Shown: in pieces, positions 61,717-64,000 of the stretch
Numbering within the stretch: position 1 is the first letter of the stretch
How the letters are laid out: the number at the start of each line of letters is the position of its first letter
Source of the DNA: Peribolospora baueri
Taxonomy: Eukaryota
Assembly (NCBI GenBank): GCA_029717555.1
Contig: JAMDHS010000050.1
Coordinates: 1-64,000, forward strand
Length of the DNA: 64,000 nucleotides
Direction: 5' to 3'
Program-made: the position numbers and the translations under genes
The notes under the pieces: generated by a model
Seen by the model: only the letters and a program-made list of their open reading frames with translations
The model's database searches: none
What the model was told of the DNA's origin: nothing

Positions 61717-62406
61717 CGGGTGTCGGAGAGGAGGCGGCACGCCGGGCGTCGAAGGCTGAGCAGGCGGGTCGAAAGGCGCAACGTTCAACGTGTCGGCTGG
61801 CGAAGCCTCGGCCTGTTGCAACTATGTACAGTGACTCCCTGGACTAGACTGCGTTTCTGCCGGTGTACTGCTTGTACTTGTAGGGTATTGCACACGACGC
61901 GACGACATACGGGTGCCACGAACGCTGACTCTTAAGCAGCTCTTAATTTGGACGCAAGCAACGAGAGACACGCCTGCAGGTGAGTACCTGCACTCCTTTA
62001 CTGTGGGTGGTAGACTGGATGAGAGGAGACTGTGCCCATTTATTAGGGGCTCGTCTCGTTGTATTTCATATATACCGCTCGGGTAAACCGTCGTTCGCGT
62101 TCATCGTGGGCCCCGAATCCATGTGCTTGTTGCACAACAGCCTTAAAGGTTCGTCAGGTGCCGTCCGCACAATGGTCTCGCCACCCCCACCGCCCCTCGA
62201 CCGGAGATGGATCCTCAGGAGCTGGCCAAGCGAACCGGATGAGCTCTCCTCGGTCAATGGAGCCCATGGCATATTTGCATTCCAAAACTTTGCATTTCAC
62301 GTACTCAGACGGCCGAGGGCCACACCGCATCGTAAAAACAGTCGGCATCAGCGCCTATATATTGTCAGGTGAGGGTTACATTTCCCACGCGTACGCGGAA
62401 GGACCG

Positions 62407-64000
62407 TTAGAGCTTTGGCGCGTAAGGTGCGAACGTCTGCTTGAAGGCTTTAGCCTCCGCGCCCTCAATGGCATCGGAGCGAGCGCAGGCTTTCCAGTCC
62501 GCACGCTCTGGCATGCCCAGGCAGTTCGCCAAGATCGTCCTGAAATGTGCAGAGAAGAACAATGTAAATCGTGGGCGGTCAGCATTTCACTTCGCGCTTG
62601 TCCGATTGGCCAGAGCTCTCAAGTCTCGGTTTTTGAGACCCGTCTTCCTCACCTAGGGAACTGCAGATTGAACCTTCTGCCAGGTGTCAAGAGGTAGACA
62701 AGCTTCTTCCCGGCTTCCGGTAATTCGAGACGGAAATAATTCCCGCCGCTCCTTCCGCTCGTCAACGCCTTGTCCGGATCAGCCTCCCACTCGTATCCCA
62801 GCTTGTGACCCTCCTCTCTGAACGCTTCTTCCAACCCCGCCGCTTTGTCCTTCGGCATGGGTACAACCTGCACGTGAGCGTGTCCGGCCCTCCCTCCCAC
62901 TCGACCGACCTCGAAGAAAACGGGCACTGCCCCGAACGCCCGGTAACATTCGCGCAGAGCAGACTTGTAGCTCTCCATCTCCGCTACGACCGGCACGGCA
63001 ACGTCCGGTGAAGCGGCGAAAAGAGAGGGAAAGTGAGAGATGGGGATGATGAGCACGTGTCCGCCGCCGGGGACTGGGGAAGAAGGGTTCGAGGCTTGGG
63101 GAAGCTGGCCCTTCGGTAGTGCGACGTAGCACTCGCGGCCTTGTTGTGAACAGAACGTGGAACGTAACAATTTGTCAGCTACGCATCTTCATACATACAC
63201 CGAAAGCAAAAGAAAATGCAACACTCACCGATGGAGACAATCAGATGTTTGGCAAGATCCTTCGACTGGAGACAGAACCAGCATTCGTCCGGTGAAACCT
63301 GTGGACGCTCTACAGGCTGGGACCTGTCCGGGCAGTCCCGGATGAAGTGCTCCTACGATAGGCCGACGTGACGTGAAGAATAAGTAAGGGAACACTGTCT
63401 CAGGTTGTGACGCGTCCGATAACGGTGCTATACACTCACACTCGAATTGCAAATCTTGCAAACATACCCCTCTGGCGGCCTCTTCCGCACCCCACCTGCG
63501 CCACCAGATGCGTTTTGTCCCGCTAACGCGCAATCGCGAATGAGATGATCCGTGCCATTGCAAAGCTTGCACACGTACCCCTCTGGCGGCTTGCGCGACT
63601 CGCTGCCAGCGCTGTTTGCAGGCTGGTTAGATGCGGCTTCTGGACACTCGCGAATGAAGTGCTCCGAGGATCCGCAGAGCTTGCATACGTAGCCTTCAGT
63701 CGGTCTCCGTCCGTCTCCGCCACCACCTGTCTGCCGATGGGAAGCGGACATGGGGCAGTCGCGAACAAAGTGCTCACTACTGCCGCACGCCTTGCACACG
63801 TAGCCTTCTGGAGGGCGCTTAGAAACGGCGCGAGCGCCGACGTCGCCCGGTCCGCCTCCTGAGCGGCCGTTGCCAGCATCCGACGGGTGGCCTTTCTGGG
63901 GGCAATTACGGATGTAGTGCTCCGTTGATTGGCAGATGCGGCACACGTAGCCTGGCGGAGGAGGGCCGTCCTGCAATGGCCCATCGTCTTTGAAGGGTTA
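62407..64000 (-). CDS. CWF19L1: CWF19-like protein 1 / Drn1 (CwfJ C-terminal domains) with CCHC zinc knuckles, 5' truncated by the window end
   Basis: CWFCL..KHLIVSIG, CYVALPKGQL, VPGGGHVLIIPISH, GHAHVQVVP, FNLQFPR and RADWKAC, preceded by five PPEGYVCxxC..H.IRDC repeats. Confidence 0.88.

Noticed and set aside
1..64000. Transposase, reverse transcriptase, recombinase, tRNA or rRNA genes
   Set aside because: None recognised. In particular, no site-specific recombinase lies near the GH3 inversions.

Overview
Intron-rich, GC-rich eukaryotic DNA, most likely a basidiomycete fungus, with short GT-AG introns, CTRAC branch points and many micro-exons. It holds about 18 protein genes: YAH1 ferredoxin, BUR1/CDK9 kinase, CFT1/CPSF160, SPP2 G-patch factor, a Zn-dependent alcohol dehydrogenase, CSF1/BLTP1, APC11, RPS22, RPS17, MDM35, ATG13, a SulP/STAS anion transporter, CWF19L1/DRN1 (partial), and several orphan secreted or membrane proteins. 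The most striking structure is a GH3 beta-glucosidase gene (11336-14969) whose exons alternate strand (+,-,+,-,+). Two internal multi-exon blocks (~11844-12782 and ~13650-14360) are inverted, one conserved block is missing, and there are frameshifts and broken splice sites. This scrambled gene sits at the edge of a small accessory patch with two orphan secreted proteins, a perfect 65-bp tandem duplication and an imperfect inverted repeat. All product calls come from motif recognition by eye, and exon boundaries are manual estimates.
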